Assembly: GCA_964016885.1 (NCBI GenBank)
Contig: OZ024740.1
Location: 423,832,001 to 423,896,000 of the forward strand
Source: Eledone cirrhosa
Taxonomy: Eukaryota
Length of the DNA stretch: 64,000 nucleotides
Reading direction: 5' to 3'
A program made the position numbers and the translations under genes. Shown in pieces: positions 14,663 through 27,850 of this stretch; the stretch's first letter is position 1, and each line of letters starts with the position of its first letter. Under the pieces are notes generated by a model. That model saw only the letters and a list, made by a program, of their open reading frames with translations, was not told the DNA's origin and searched no databases.

Positions 14663-14740
14663 GTTTAACGTCCATCTTCCACGCTTGCATGGGTTAAAAC
14701 ATTACACTAATTAAATTGAAATAATTAGTTTTGAGATAAA

Positions 14741-15546
14741 AAGTTTAGGGAACTACTACCACTGCTAGCTGCAAAAGGCTTCTCCCTCAGAATGAAAGGC
14801 AGACTGTATGATGCGTGTATCCGAACAGCGATGTTGCATGGTAGTGAGACCTGGGCGCTGAAGGTGGAAGACTTACGTAGATTAGAGAGAAACGAAGCCT
14901 GCATGCTCCGATGGATGTGTAACAGTAATATACGTGAACGACAAAGCATAAAGGAATTGAGAGAGAGACTGAGCATAAGAAGAATCAAATGCTGCGTGCA
15001 GGAGAGGCGGTTACGCTGGTATGGACATGTGATGCGTATGAAGGATGACAGCTGCATAAAAAGGTGCAGAGCACTAGAAGTTGATGGAAACCGCGGAGTG
15101 GGGAGACCCAAGATGACTTGGGATGAGGTGATAAAAGCCGACCTTACCCAACTACACCTCTCAAAGTCAATGACACACGACCGTGACTTCTGGCGTCACG
15201 CAGTAATACAGGGTACCCAACCTCCCATGGGTACATGCTGAAGCATATAAACAATATGCCCCCACTCCCCCCACCGCAAGGTGGTCGTGGAGGTGCCACG
15301 GCAAAAAAGCACCCAGCCCACACTGTAAAGTGGACGTGTAGGCGCCACGAAAAAGCACCCAGCACTCACTGTAAATGAGGTTGGTGTTAGGAAGGGCATC
15401 CAGCTGTAGAAATCAAGCCAGATCAGTTCCTGTATGAGCAAGGCATGGTCAGCCGACCAGACACTGCCCACAACAGGACAACCCGTCTAACCCATGCTAG
15501 CGTGGAAGAACGGACGTAAAACGGTGATGATGATGATGATGATGAT
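14741..15546 (+). mobile_element. 5'-truncated RTE LINE, young copy
   Basis: ORF KGRLYDACIRTAMLHGSETW...RRLRWYGHVMR...GRPKMTW, a (gat)n tail and the target site duplication gataaaaagt. Confidence 0.92.
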
Positions 15547-15945
15547 AAAAAGTCAGATTAAATTAGATATAGATAACTACAAGTTAACACAGTCAATAAC
15601 GTTTGATAAACAAATGAAATTCACAACATATCTTTACCTTTTTATTCTTTATATCTCAAGATATTTATTACAAACTTATCTACTTCTCTCTCTCTTTATA
15701 CAAGGTCCTGTAACTCTTAAAGGAGTTGCAGGGGCGCCATAGTGGCATATGGCGTTTCTTGGGCATTTTAATGCCTGGCGGAACCCATCTTCTCTCCAAG
15801 TATGAATAAGGCAGATTTTTTCCAGAGAAGGACAGAGAGAGTGAGAGAATGAAAGTGAGGAAGAGATATAGAGGAAGAATCGACTCCAGTACTAGATACA
15901 CACATATCTATATTTAACTATCTATCTATATATATATAAATAAAG

Positions 15946-15978
<33 letters not shown>

Positions 15979-16069
15979 AGTGTTATTGACGGATGTGAGA
16001 ATGAGTACTCAATACGGAAGTAAAGTTAAAATATTCATTTATGTATGGCCTTGTTACTCAGGAGTTTCA

Positions 16070-16120
16070 CCATGTCTGATGATCCTGCGAATGTGCAGGT
16101 GAAACATCAGAGTAACAAGG
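16070..16120 (+). ncRNA. Type I hammerhead ribozyme motif
   Basis: ccatgt CTGATGA t cctgc gaatgt gcagg t GAAA catcagag TA acaagg. Stem I pairs 5 of 6 and stem II has 5 bp. An inverted partial copy lies immediately upstream. Confidence 0.7.
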
Positions 16121-16354
16121 CTCTCCTCTTAACCATAATAAACTTTGACAATCGCCACCGACGAATGCGAGAGAGATCTCCAGGAAAGTTAACCAAGAAT
16201 CTTTAAAAAAATCTCCCCACCAAAGTTAACAAAGAACTTACTAGATCTACAAAACCAAATTGTAAAATTATAATATTATAAAATTAAATTGTTTAGAAGT
16301 CCTTCTTTTCCTTTTTTCAAATATACCTAACTGTACCAAGGATTTCACACATTT

Positions 16355-16420
<66 letters not shown>

Positions 16421-16604
16421 CTGTGTGTTGTCATACATAAACATAAAAGTATAAACATTCCTATATTTGAAGTCTTACACGTGTGTATGCAAACAGGATT
16501 ATCTAAAACACACAATCTATTTGAGAAAATGCCATAAACATTTCATGAGAAAAACTTCATGAACTACCAAGTTTGAATTTACTTTTAATTGCATTACGTT
16601 ACAT

Positions 16605-16880
16605 GGTGGAGGTATGAAGCCTAGTAGTAAGGGTGTTGGACTTACAATCATAATATCATGGGTTTGATTCCAGAACTGGGTTGTGTGTTGTGTTCTTGAG
16701 CAAAACACTTCATTTCACATAGCTCCAGTATACTCAGCTGAAAATGATTACCAGCAATAGCTGGGGGTTTAACTAAGTGATAGACTGGCATCCTGCCCAG
16801 GGGGAGTCTCATACTCTCAGTTGCTTAATGCCACAGAAACTAGGATAAGCACTGGTGTGATGAATCTCCAAGCTCGAGAC
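16605..16880 (+). mobile_element. tRNA-derived SINE family B (CORE-like)
   Basis: A/B-box-like head followed by tgtgttcttgagcaaaacactt, resembling the CORE/MIR-type domain. Confidence 0.65.
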
Positions 16881-18284
16881 AGACTTTAGAATTTTTTTAG
16901 ACATGATTGAACATAAAACTTGCCATGGGCCACTAGTGGTCCATCTGGATCATGTTATATGTACATAACTGAAGATCACAGTTGGCTACACACAAACCTT
17001 AGTGTTGTAATACCAACTCCTCCTCCCCCACACTCTAAATACACTTTTATATGCAAGTTAATAAATAAATGTTTTCAAAGTTATGAAAGGCCATGTGCCT
17101 CCATCATGTAACAATATGACATTGCATAGATGAAGACTAGATATACCACCCAGAAACAAACAAAGGATCCCACAAGTTACACAGGGCACAATTCCTATTA
17201 TCTACATAAGGACCATTGGAAGAAGATCTCAACATCCTTCAACTTCTCATTATAGAATGACCTGACTTCAGACAACACTGCCTAGAGGAAGCAGACAGTG
17301 GCTGTGTTATTTCAGATGTGCAACTTGACCAGCGAGGCACTAAAGACAACATCATAATGGGAGTCCCCAGTTTGCATACAACATACTAATGATTCTTCAA
17401 TTTGGGAGAGAATCCCTTTATTGTCAACCGAAGGACTACCACACCACCCTAAACTCCTTCCAGTCGGTTCTTACTCTAGCTACTGTGCTCTAGGAACATC
17501 CACTCACACACATTGAGTAATAGCTTTCTCCTGTACAGACACACTCTCCCACGGAAATATATTTATTACAGAAAATTAAACTATAATCGGAAGGAAATAA
17601 AATATAATCTACAGTAACATCACATGACTTCATACACTTTTAAAACGGTTATCTTAACAATTATCACTTTCTTTACAGCTAAGTCAGGGATAGCATGACA
17701 GTATGTACAACTGTTTTCAGGTCCTCAAAGACTGACAAAAGAGGGTTGGGGGATATATATTGAAACTGAAGACCTGGTTCAAATGTTTACATCAGAGTGG
17801 ACTCAACTAAGGGCAAATTTAAGGGCCAGGTGGTGTTAAAATGAGTGACAAATTAAATATACTAACTATCTATCCTAGGTTACAGTGGAATTTGAACCGA
17901 GGGATCAAAGAACCAGAACAAATACTACAAGGCATCTCATTCAACACTAACAATTTCATCCTTTCACTGTCCTGGACTGAGTATTTTATTTTGTTAAACT
18001 CTGAAAAGGTTACAAGCAAAACTGATCTTGGATCAATTTGAACTCAAATCACAGAGAACCAAAAATATATACCTTAAGGCATTCTAAACCAATGCCATAA
18101 TGACTGCCAAATTGCTGCCACCACCAAAATACTAAAGTATTGTCACAATCAAGTAAAAAGTGACAATTGAGAAAATTAAAATAACAAAATAACAAGAAAA
18201 TAAATGATAAAGCTAAAATTCACTGAAGACATAACCCACTAAACCTTGAAACCAAAATTGTTATTTTTAAGGGATTTGCTATGC

Positions 18285-18710
18285 TTAATCCTTTAGCATT
18301 TATATTACTCTATATTTACTATTGTATTTTCATGGGAAACGCTTTACCTCACATAATATCGAATCTATGAAATTTTGATATTGTTTATTTTGAGAACAAT
18401 ACCTTAACATAAGTATGAGCGGCCAGTTATGGTCAGTTTGAACAGGAAGAGGTGAGAGAATTCTGGACGGATATGCCCGGTTTAAATATTAAAGGGTTAA
18501 ACCGGCCATATCCGGCCAGAATTCTCTCACCTCTTTCTGTTCAAACCAGCTGTAATCAGTCACTCTTACCAATGTTAAGATATTGTTCTCAAAATAAATA
18601 ATATCAATATCTCATAGATTCGATATTATGTGAGATAATTATGTGAGGTAAAGCCTTTACTGTGAAAATACAATAGTAAGTATAGAGTAATGTAAATGCT
18701 AAAGGGTTAA
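18285..18710. mobile_element. Inverted dimer of the piggyBac-type MITE, TTAA target site duplication
   Basis: TTAA-tcctttagcattta ... taaatgctaaaggg-TTAA, with an internal aaagggTTAA at about 18500. A paralogous empty site is at 26756. Confidence 0.8.
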
Positions 18711-19226
18711 TTGGTGTGATGTAAAGTAGAAAGTAGAGAATAGCATTCTTCCTAAAACAGGTGCTCTTGTTTGAAAGTCTTTCAACATCTATTTGGTGTA
18801 AATATTCCTACTTAGAACAGAAGAAAATATCAAATTAACATAGTTAATAGGAAAATTGATAATTTAAACATAAAACAGCAATGCAAAATAAATAGAAATA
18901 GAAAGAAAAAAACAAGAATAGAAAAAATAAAGGCAAAGAAAATGGTTAATGCATGAAAGTTAGGGGTTACAAAAAAATAGGGAGAGATGAGAGTAATGGC
19001 CAGATATAAAATAAGGAAGGATACTAAGAAGGGATCTGTAATAACATAAACAAACATGACAAAATGGGCATGCTTGATAAAGATTGGAAAAAAATGTAGA
19101 TTCAGATTACAATATGTATGTATGATTGTGTGAATGTATGTATATGTATATAGTATAAATATGACACACACACACACATATATATATATATACATGTACA
19201 TTATATATATATAATATACATACATA

Positions 19227-19288
<62 letters not shown>

Positions 19289-20505
19289 CATCAAATAATC
19301 TCTATATATAATGTATAAATTCAATATCATATACATATATATTATTATTATTATACACACATGCACACACACACCCCATCAAATGTGTGTGTGTGTGTGT
19401 ATTATATTCTATATATGAATAAAACTGGCCATTTTCAAGAGAATTTGTGTGGAAGAAATGAAGAGATTGTTAGTATGCTAGATAATAATAATAAAAGCGT
19501 ACACCACATACAACCAAAACAAGGGCAGAGAACAGGAGAAGAACCTATATTATATACCAGTGATGGAAATGGTGGTGATGAGGGAGAGGGGTTGTGGCAA
19601 GAGATAGAGGGACAACAGTCCCTTCTTTTACAGTATATATATTTTTAGTGGGGGAGGGGGTGTTAACAGTCCCTTTCCCCAACTTCAACCTCACAGACCT
19701 TATCCATACCCCAGTTCCTATAAATCCATTTCCATCACTGATATCTATATAGATATATAAACAAAGCAGTTGACTTAGGAAGCATTTTGAAAATTTGAAA
19801 TGTGTACGTCCCAATGCATGTGCTTATAATAATAGTTGATCGCTATAAAATAATAGTTAAGAAAATTAGGTGAAGTACCCCAGGAGATGGAAAAAGGTGG
19901 ACAGAAGTGACTCTATTCATTTTTAAAAAAATGTCTTCAAGGGTATTTTAACTGATTTTCACAACTATTATTTTACAGTGATTGACTATTATTATGGTCA
20001 TTTGCTTTGGGATGTACACATTTTAATATATAAATTCATTTAGACAGAAACACATGGATGTGTCATGCAAAAATACAGAGTTGTTTCTATAGCACATGCA
20101 AACACATTGATTCTGTGAAGCCATGAAGAAAATGGCAAATTTGAAGGCATTTAGTAAAAAAAAAATAAAAAAAAGACAGCACTAATAGACATGCAGAAAC
20201 ATGCACTTTGGGGTGGGGGTGGGGGCTGGAGATAGAGGGAGGTACTACAAGGCTGCAGCAATATCAGCAACAGTAGTAGTAGTAGCTTTGATAATAGCTG
20301 TAGTAGTAGTTATAATGGCAATGGTAGAAGAAAAGAAGAAAAAGAAAAAAGAGAAGAAAAAATGGTAGTGGTGATATTTGAGGTCTAGTGATGTTGACAG
20401 CAGTGGTGATGATGATGACGACAGTAGTGGTAGTGGCGGTGGTGGCAACAGCAATAACAACAGCAGTGGGCAGTACAAACATTAAAAAAAATTAATTAAT
20501 AAATT

Positions 20506-20536
<31 letters not shown>

Positions 20537-20569
20537 GAAAAAATTTTTTGACTGGAGAATTTTTTTTTT

Positions 20570-20713
20570 CTAAAGGTGACCTTGAGGGGTATATGGTGAT
20601 GATACCTGTTGTATATTCAGGGAATCGTACATGCCACCAGTAGCTGAATTCGGTAGGGCAGCGTCAGAGTTGTAGCCACCGGTCTGTGATATCACATGTC
20701 GCAAAGCATTAAC
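20570..20713 (-). CDS. pbx: Pbx/extradenticle next coding exon, read to a TAG stop (internal donor possible after 20606)
   Basis: Minus strand reads tttgtctgtag|GTT AAT GCT... and translates as VNALRHVISQTGGYNSDAALPNSATGGMYDSLNIQQVSSPYTPQGHL*. This matches PBX1 'VDTLRHVISQTGGYSDG...MYSPQG' and is in frame with the 55201-55334 exon. Confidence 0.92.
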   Translation of the reverse strand, partial: VNALRHVISQTGGYNSDAALPNSATGGMYDSLNIQQVSSPYTPQGHL

Positions 20714-22416
20714 CTACAGACAAAACAGAAGGATGCATTCATTCTAGTCAGCTACTTTACAATGATTCTCTAATGCATCATGCAATACTGAGGGGTGGGG
20801 AGTTGGGGTGGAAGGGCAGGGGGACCCAGAGTGGAAGCAACAGCAACATTCTAGCCAGGTTTTTTTTGTTTCCATGGACACAGCAAACATTAAAAAAAAT
20901 AAATCCCTCCCCCCCCCAAAAAAAACCTACTATATGATGATCCCAAATAAATTTTGAATAGCAGAAAATTAAATTAAAGAATTACACCGTAGAAGAGACA
21001 GTTATTTGATAAAAAAAAAACACACATATAGTGTTTAATTTATTGGTTTTTGATTTATTTTGGAATGAAATAGGATTTTAAATTTTGTCGTAAATCTACA
21101 ACGTAGTCATTGCCACACTTGCAAAAAAAAATAAAACCCAAATTACTAACAATGGCATATTTGTATTTTAATCTACTGAATATGAGTGTTTAAATTATTA
21201 GCCACAACTTTTTATAAAAGCCACAATTATATACAACTGAACTACCAACTGTCAAGTATTATATTTTATAACGAAATCACTAAGAAACCTCCTCCTAGAT
21301 TATCATATGATAAATGATTTATATGTCTAGTTTTGCTTGGATTTTTCAGGCTTTTGTGGATCCATGTAACAAAAGTTATAATTACAGCCGCATTTAAGTT
21401 TAACGTACACTGAGACCAAACTTTATTACAAGAACATATAAAAGGATTTAAAATGGCTTTGTTTTTAACATTAAATTCCATATAGTTTGAGTTAAATCTT
21501 CAATTTGTTTTTTCAAATTTATTAAGAATTACTTAAAAACATTGCTATAATTCATTATATATTTCTAAATGTTATGTCCCATCTCTCTCTCAACAAATTT
21601 CAAGCATATCTTCTTACTATTCATCATACTTTTAGCTCCCCCTCTTTCGTTTTACTATAGCTGCTGCCTACATTCTCTTGTATGTAGCTATCATCTGCTT
21701 CTCTGCTACCACCACAGAGCAGTATCAATCTTTTACTGCTCTACCTTTTATTGTAAACCTCTCTCATATATCATTACCATCTCTTACTTCCACTAACCAA
21801 CCTCTTCCCCTACTTTACATTCTCTGTCTCCTATCTTTACCACTTTATCTTTTATTCTTCCAGTGTTTTTTTTACTTATAGTTTGTAAGCTTTGTTTAAC
21901 TTTAACTTAAATTTACATTTGTAAGATTTTTATAGAAGCACAAGGCAAGAAGTCTTTATGGGAGGAAACAGTTCATTATAGCAACCAATACTTGACTGGT
22001 AATTATTTTATCCAACCCAGAAAAATGAAAGGTATCAATAATACCATGGAAGAGCCATATCACAATTGCAATGCCTACTCCACCATTGTCATTTCTGTTT
22101 AACTCCAATGTCATCTTCTTTTACTGACACTCTCACCCTCAAACTATTTCAACATATTTCCACTCTTCTCATTCTCCCCCTCAAGTTTCATTCTTTATTT
22201 TTTCTTTCTTTCATTCTTTCAGTTAATCTTTCATTCTCTATGTTTTATTTATATATTGATATCTTTAGTAACTCAAATTAGACTCTTATTTCTCATATTT
22301 GAGTCTTTCTTTTATCTTGCAATTGCATTTCTATTTAAAGTCACATTTCTTCAGTTTCTCTTTAACTTAAAATAGCTTCTGTATGAATGATGTTCCATAC
22401 TTACATTGGCTCTCAC

Positions 22417-23128
22417 TACCAAATGGAAGTAAGTTCTAGAGTCAGCAGAAATAGATGAGGGGGGTATCCAGCTTTACACATGGCCAAATGGAGGCAAGTT
22501 CTAGAGTCAGCAGAAATAGATGAGGGGGTATCCTGCTTTACACATGGCCAAATGGAAGTAAGTTCTAGAGTCAGTAGAAATAGATGAGGGGGTATCCTGC
22601 TTTACACATGGCCAAATGGAGGCAAGTTCTAGAGTCAGCAGAAATAGATGAGGAGGTATCCTGCTTTACACATGGCCAAATGGAAGCAAGTTCTAGAGTC
22701 AGCAGAAATAGATGAGGGGGTATCCTGCTTTACACATGGCCAAATGGAAGCAAGTTCTAGAGTCAGCAGAAATAGATGAGGGGGTATCCTGCTTTACACA
22801 TGGCCAAATGGAAGCAAGTTCTAGAGTCAGCAGAAATAGATGAGGGGGTATCCTGCTTTACACATGGCCAAATGGAGGCAAGTTCTAGAGTCAGCAGAAA
22901 TAGATGAGGGGGTATCCTGCTTTACACATGGCCAAATGGAAGTAAGCTCTAGAATCAGCAGAAATAGATGAGGGGGTATCCTGCTTTACACATGGCCAAA
23001 TGGAAGCAAGTTCTAGAGTCAGCAGAAATAGATGAGGGGGTATCCTGCTTTACACATGGCCAAATGGAAGCAAGTTCTCGGGTCACCAGGAACAGATGAG
23101 GGGGTGTCCTGCTTTGCTCATGGCCAAT
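22417..23128. repeat. 64-bp tandem repeat, about 11 copies
   Basis: Unit tggccaaatggaagcaagttctagagtcagcagaaatagatgagggggtatcctgctttacaca. Confidence 0.95.
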
Positions 23129-23621
23129 TTATGTAGAATATTCAAAAAGTTGGAAGCTCCCAAATTTCTTTATGCCTTTACTGTTAAAACCCCCAAAATT
23201 GTCCACCCTGAGGTGTTGTCATAACAGTGCTAAAAATCCCTAAAGTTACAGACCTAATGTCATAAAGCTGGGATTCTTTGCAATCCTTAATGTTGTTTCT
23301 TTCTTTCAGGTATTGCCCCTAACTGGTACCAATATTTGGAAATACGGATTACTTCTGGGAAGCTCAGTTTCAATCTCTATATATAAATTACGAAAATGTC
23401 TGTCTGTATGCAGACGATGCATTTCCACAGTTTCCATCTGATTTTGTTCAAATTTGATACATAGGCTCTCGGGACATAACATATAGTTGAAATCTTGCTC
23501 TTCTCTGAAATAGCAGAGTTCTGGGGCTATTTAAAGATGGCCATGATGGAGAGAGGGTGGGTTTTATTTACAGTGGTGAAAGGTGTGCCCAGCCACGACA
23601 GGCGCTTTTGCTAGTATAATA

Positions 23622-23838
23622 TGGTTTCTTATATAGGCACAAGGCCAGCAATTTTGGGGGAGGGGAAGTCGATTAAATCGACGCCAATGCGTGACTGGTA
23701 CTTTATTTTATCGACCCCGTAAGGATGAAAGGTAAAGTTAACCTCGGTGGGATTTGAAGTGAGATAATAAAGGGCCGTAACTCTATGCTGCAAAGCATGG
23801 CATCCGAGATTCTACCGATACTGCCAATCCTCCACCCT
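23622..23838 (-). mobile_element. SINE family A
   Basis: Same sequence family; target site duplication ctagtataatat. Confidence 0.8.
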
Positions 23839-24455
23839 TTTTTCTAGTATAATATAAGAATGGTTTTATGTCAGTGGTTTACATCCAGACACACAGGTTT
23901 CTATTAATTTTAGAAGAAACATTTTATGTATTAAAAAAAAAAGTTATTAATAGTTTCAAATATTTACATATGAGTGTGTGTGTGTGTGTACAAGGGGTGT
24001 TATGCTAAATCAGTGGTTTGCATAAAAGAAATCCTATAGTTTATGTTCCTTACAGATATGGAAGTAATATATAAGGATATAATTACATAAATGTTTAGTA
24101 GGTACGCACACACATATGCATACATACACACACACACACAGTAAGTAGTCATGTCACTAGAATAAGTTCAGAGGTAAGATCATCCATGACAGTAACTTGA
24201 TACTTTAGTGTTGTAACAGGATGTATGAACTTCCAATAGTAACACAACATTTCATTCATACATTCATCACCTCATCAAACATAAATTATATTAAATTCTC
24301 AAATTAATCCCCTTTTTTTTTCAGTTTCTGTCATGGCTGAACTTATTGTAGTAACATAGTTGAGATAGAAAAATACATCATCTGTACAAGTGTGTATGTT
24401 TATGTGTTGATTTTAAAGAGTTACAGACACACACACATATATATACATATATATA

Positions 24456-24790
24456 GGAAAAAGTATGTGGTTAGAGCATTGGGCTTGCAATTGAGAGGTT
24501 GTGAGTTCGATTCTCAGACCGGGTGATGCATTGTGTCCTTGAGCAAGACACATTATTTCACTTTGCTCCAGTTTACTCAGCTGTAGAAATGAGTTGCGAT
24601 GTCACTGGTACCAAGCTGTATTGATCATTGCCTTTCTCTTGGACAACGTCGGTGGCGTGGAGAGGGGGGAGACTGGTATGCATGGGCAACTGCTGGTCTT
24701 CCTCAAACAAACTTTCCCAGGCTTGTGCCTCGGAGGGAAACTTTCTAGGTGCAAAACCATGGTCATTCATGACCGAATGGGGCCAAAGCA
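24456..24790 (+). mobile_element. SINE family B (CORE-like)
   Basis: gtggttagagc...gagttcgattc A/B boxes followed by tgtgtccttgagcaagacac. Confidence 0.75.
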
Positions 24791-24816
24791 ATATATATAT
24801 ATATGTATGTATATAT

Positions 24817-25405
24817 ATGGTGGCCGCCAACTCGTTTTCGAGTACGGCCACTACTTTATATCCATGTAGGAGAACCCCAACCGATGCGCTGAACGAGTGT
24901 GGCTTTTTAGTCCAGCCAGTGACTTGAAAACTCTGGTACAAACACTACACTTTTGACAATTATTGACACCTAGTGCTGGGCCCATGGTACCATGTGACGA
25001 CAAGTGCAGAGAGATCTCCAGATATAAAGCAATGCCTGTGCCGTGAAGCTTTTATAGTGAGCAAAGGCACTGCACAAAGCCAGTCCCACTCTCTTAACCA
25101 AGATGATATTTACCAAAAAGAAGAACAAGTCAACATCATTGGATACCATCAGAGTTTTCCTTCTCCTAGAATTCTGCCTTGACAAAGGCTAAGGGGTCAT
25201 CTCTCCCGGTGATTTTGGATGGCCATTGACTCTTAAGAGCTCCTTTGCCCTTTGACAGGTTTTGTTTTTAGTCCTGCAGGATGTCCAAAGTCACCCTCCG
25301 CACCAAGAAACCTTGGTGGGGTTGCCAGTTTAGTCGCCAACGACCCCACCATGAGACAGGTTGTACTAGGCTACATGTTACCAGTAGCACCAACTGGTGA
25401 CCTGA
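24817..25405 (-). mobile_element. Interspersed repeat family X (probable non-autonomous RTE-related element), copy 1
   Basis: High identity to the reverse complement of 46780-47383. It contains ctaggagaaggaaaactctga on the minus strand, a motif recalled from RTE 5' UTRs. Confidence 0.7.
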
Positions 25406-25954
25406 CATACATGTATATATATATATACATACATACATACATACACACACATGTATATATAAATATATATACACACAAATACACATGTATATATATACAC
25501 ATACATGTATTACACACACACGCACATACATAAACACATTGGTGTACAAACATACAGTTCACTAGTAGGGGAAAATGGGTGTTAGATGATATATAATATA
25601 ATGCACTATAGACATTATGCAGAACGGTTCCCTCAGGTATTTTCACCTGCCATTGTGTTAACATAATCAGTATATTATTTGTTTCCCTATATTTATAACT
25701 GACATTCTCACTCATGCCAACTTGCAGGGTAAATATACTTCAATGAAGAGATCTGATAAAATCAAAACATGTCTGTTACATTTATAAACGTGGCTTATAG
25801 ACAAGGCCTACTCTCACTGTATCGTCTTAAATTCTTCCAAGACATTTGCATCAATCAAAGCTAAAGGAGTTCTCTCCCCTGCTTCCTTTCTATAACCTGA
25901 ACTCTCCTAAAGTGAATTTCAATCTTTAAATGAGTTTATTCAGGTAATCATGTA

Positions 25955-26325
25955 TATATATGTACGAGATGAAAGAATGGTATTTAACTAATGTATTGGT
26001 ACGCGATGTGGCCCGCTCACAGCCCCGGTGGACAGAATGGAGAAGGCGTTTCCCCGGAGGTCGGCAAGGGAAACACGCTGGAAAAGCCACTCCAACTCGC
26101 AGGGCTCACACCTACGGCTGACCAGCTCAGCGCTTATGGTGGTGAGTAAGGAGGTAGCCCTGGGAACGACCGCAAACCTGTCAGAGAGCGACCGGAATTT
26201 GAGGAGTTTGGCCCCCTCAGCCCGGCGTGCAGCAGAACCTGGGTCAGTCGCAGACTGCACCAGGTTGCGGCTGCAGAAAGTGTCGGTGCAAGTGGCATCC
26301 CAGACGAGGGGTTTGCCACTGAATA
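25955..26325 (-). mobile_element. CRE-clade non-LTR retrotransposon 3' fragment (restriction-like endonuclease domain)
   Basis: GKPLVWDATCTDT...AARRAEGAK...LFQRVSLADLRGNAFSIL matches the CRE RLE C-terminal motif pattern. The segment is GC-rich relative to its flanks. Confidence 0.8.
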
Positions 26326-27800
26326 TTTTTTCCCTCCTGCCACAATCAGACAATGTTAAAATAGGATGGAATAAATCCAGGGAGATTTACCTCTGCAGTT
26401 AGCTAAAAGCTTCTCTCTCAAAGATTATAAGATGATGCTTGTGTTTAAACTGTCTTGTTGCATGGCAACAAAACATGTGCTCTGAGTGCAGAAGATATAC
26501 AGCAGCTAAACAGAAATAAAGCGTGCATGTACACTGGATGTGTAATGTTTGTGTATGTGAATGACACAGCACAAGTGAGAACAATTGAGTACAAGCAAAA
26601 CTGAATGTAGTGAGCAAGGGAGACAATTGTGCTGGTATGATCATGTGATGTATGAGGAGAGTGAGATTTGTAGATAGCTGGAAGCTGTGAAAGAGGATGA
26701 CATAACTCACTAAACCCTGAAATTAAAATTGTTATCTTTAAGGAATTTGCTATGCTTAATTGGTGTGATTTAAAACAGAATAGAGAATAACATTCTTCCT
26801 AAAACAGATGCACTTGTTTGAAAGTCTTTCAAGATCTATTTCATGTAAAAATGTCCTACTTAGAATATTTCTGAGATAACACAGAACGAGTTGACTGGTT
26901 ATATGCCATAATACAAAAGACCCACCCACCTGTGACAATATGGAGAGAATCTTTCTGTCTGGATGAGCATGAGTAACCTGCTTAGTGCTGGTGCTACGAA
27001 GAAATGCATCTAGTACACTCTGTAGAATGTTAGTGGTTGTGCCATGAAAAAAGCACCCAGTACACTCTGTAAAGTGATAGTGCCATGAAAAAAAGAATTC
27101 ACTATATCCTGTAAGATGGTCAGTATTAGGAAAAGCATCCAGCCACAGAAACCATGCCAAATAAGGAATGTATGAGCTAGATGGGTCACTCTGACCTATA
27201 TGGTCAAAAGCAGAAGTATGATGATGATATATGAATACTTATAACCAAAATGGTGAGTTTTCAAAGATATTGAGCAAGTTTGAAAATTTGAAATCTATTT
27301 GCTTTTCTCATAAAAAGCAGCCACAATGCATATATTAACTGTAAAATAGTTGAATAAACAATATACACATACACATATATATAAACATCTAATTGATGTA
27401 AGAAACATTGAGAAGATTTGAAATGTAGTTGTTTCACTGTAAATGACTATAATAATAGTTAGTGGATCACTATAAAATATAGTTGTACCCCCTACCAACA
27501 ATAACACAACATATAGGCCGTTAGATCACTAAATATCTCTGACTTTGGTTTAAATATATTAGATGTGTCCCAAAATTTGGTCAAGGACATCAACAACAGC
27601 TGCTATGCCTTTGTGTATTCATTGAAAATGGCTTTTCAACCCAGTGGTGGATGTACCTACCTTTAAACCTAAAGGACAGAAGTGCTAAGGTGAAGTTGCT
27701 GGAATTGTATGTATATAAACATCTCATGTTGGTCTCCTAACTTCACAACTTGCCCCATCTTCACCTCCACCATAATCAACATTACACTCTGAGAGAGGAG

Positions 27801-27850
<50 letters not shown>

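Noticed and set aside
22417-23128. Regular repeat resembling a CRISPR array
   Set aside because: Head-to-tail 64-bp units with no unique spacers, in eukaryotic context with no cas genes.
24456-24530. tRNA-like sequence
   Set aside because: It is a SINE head with A/B boxes continuing into a repeated core, and it lacks a complete cloverleaf.
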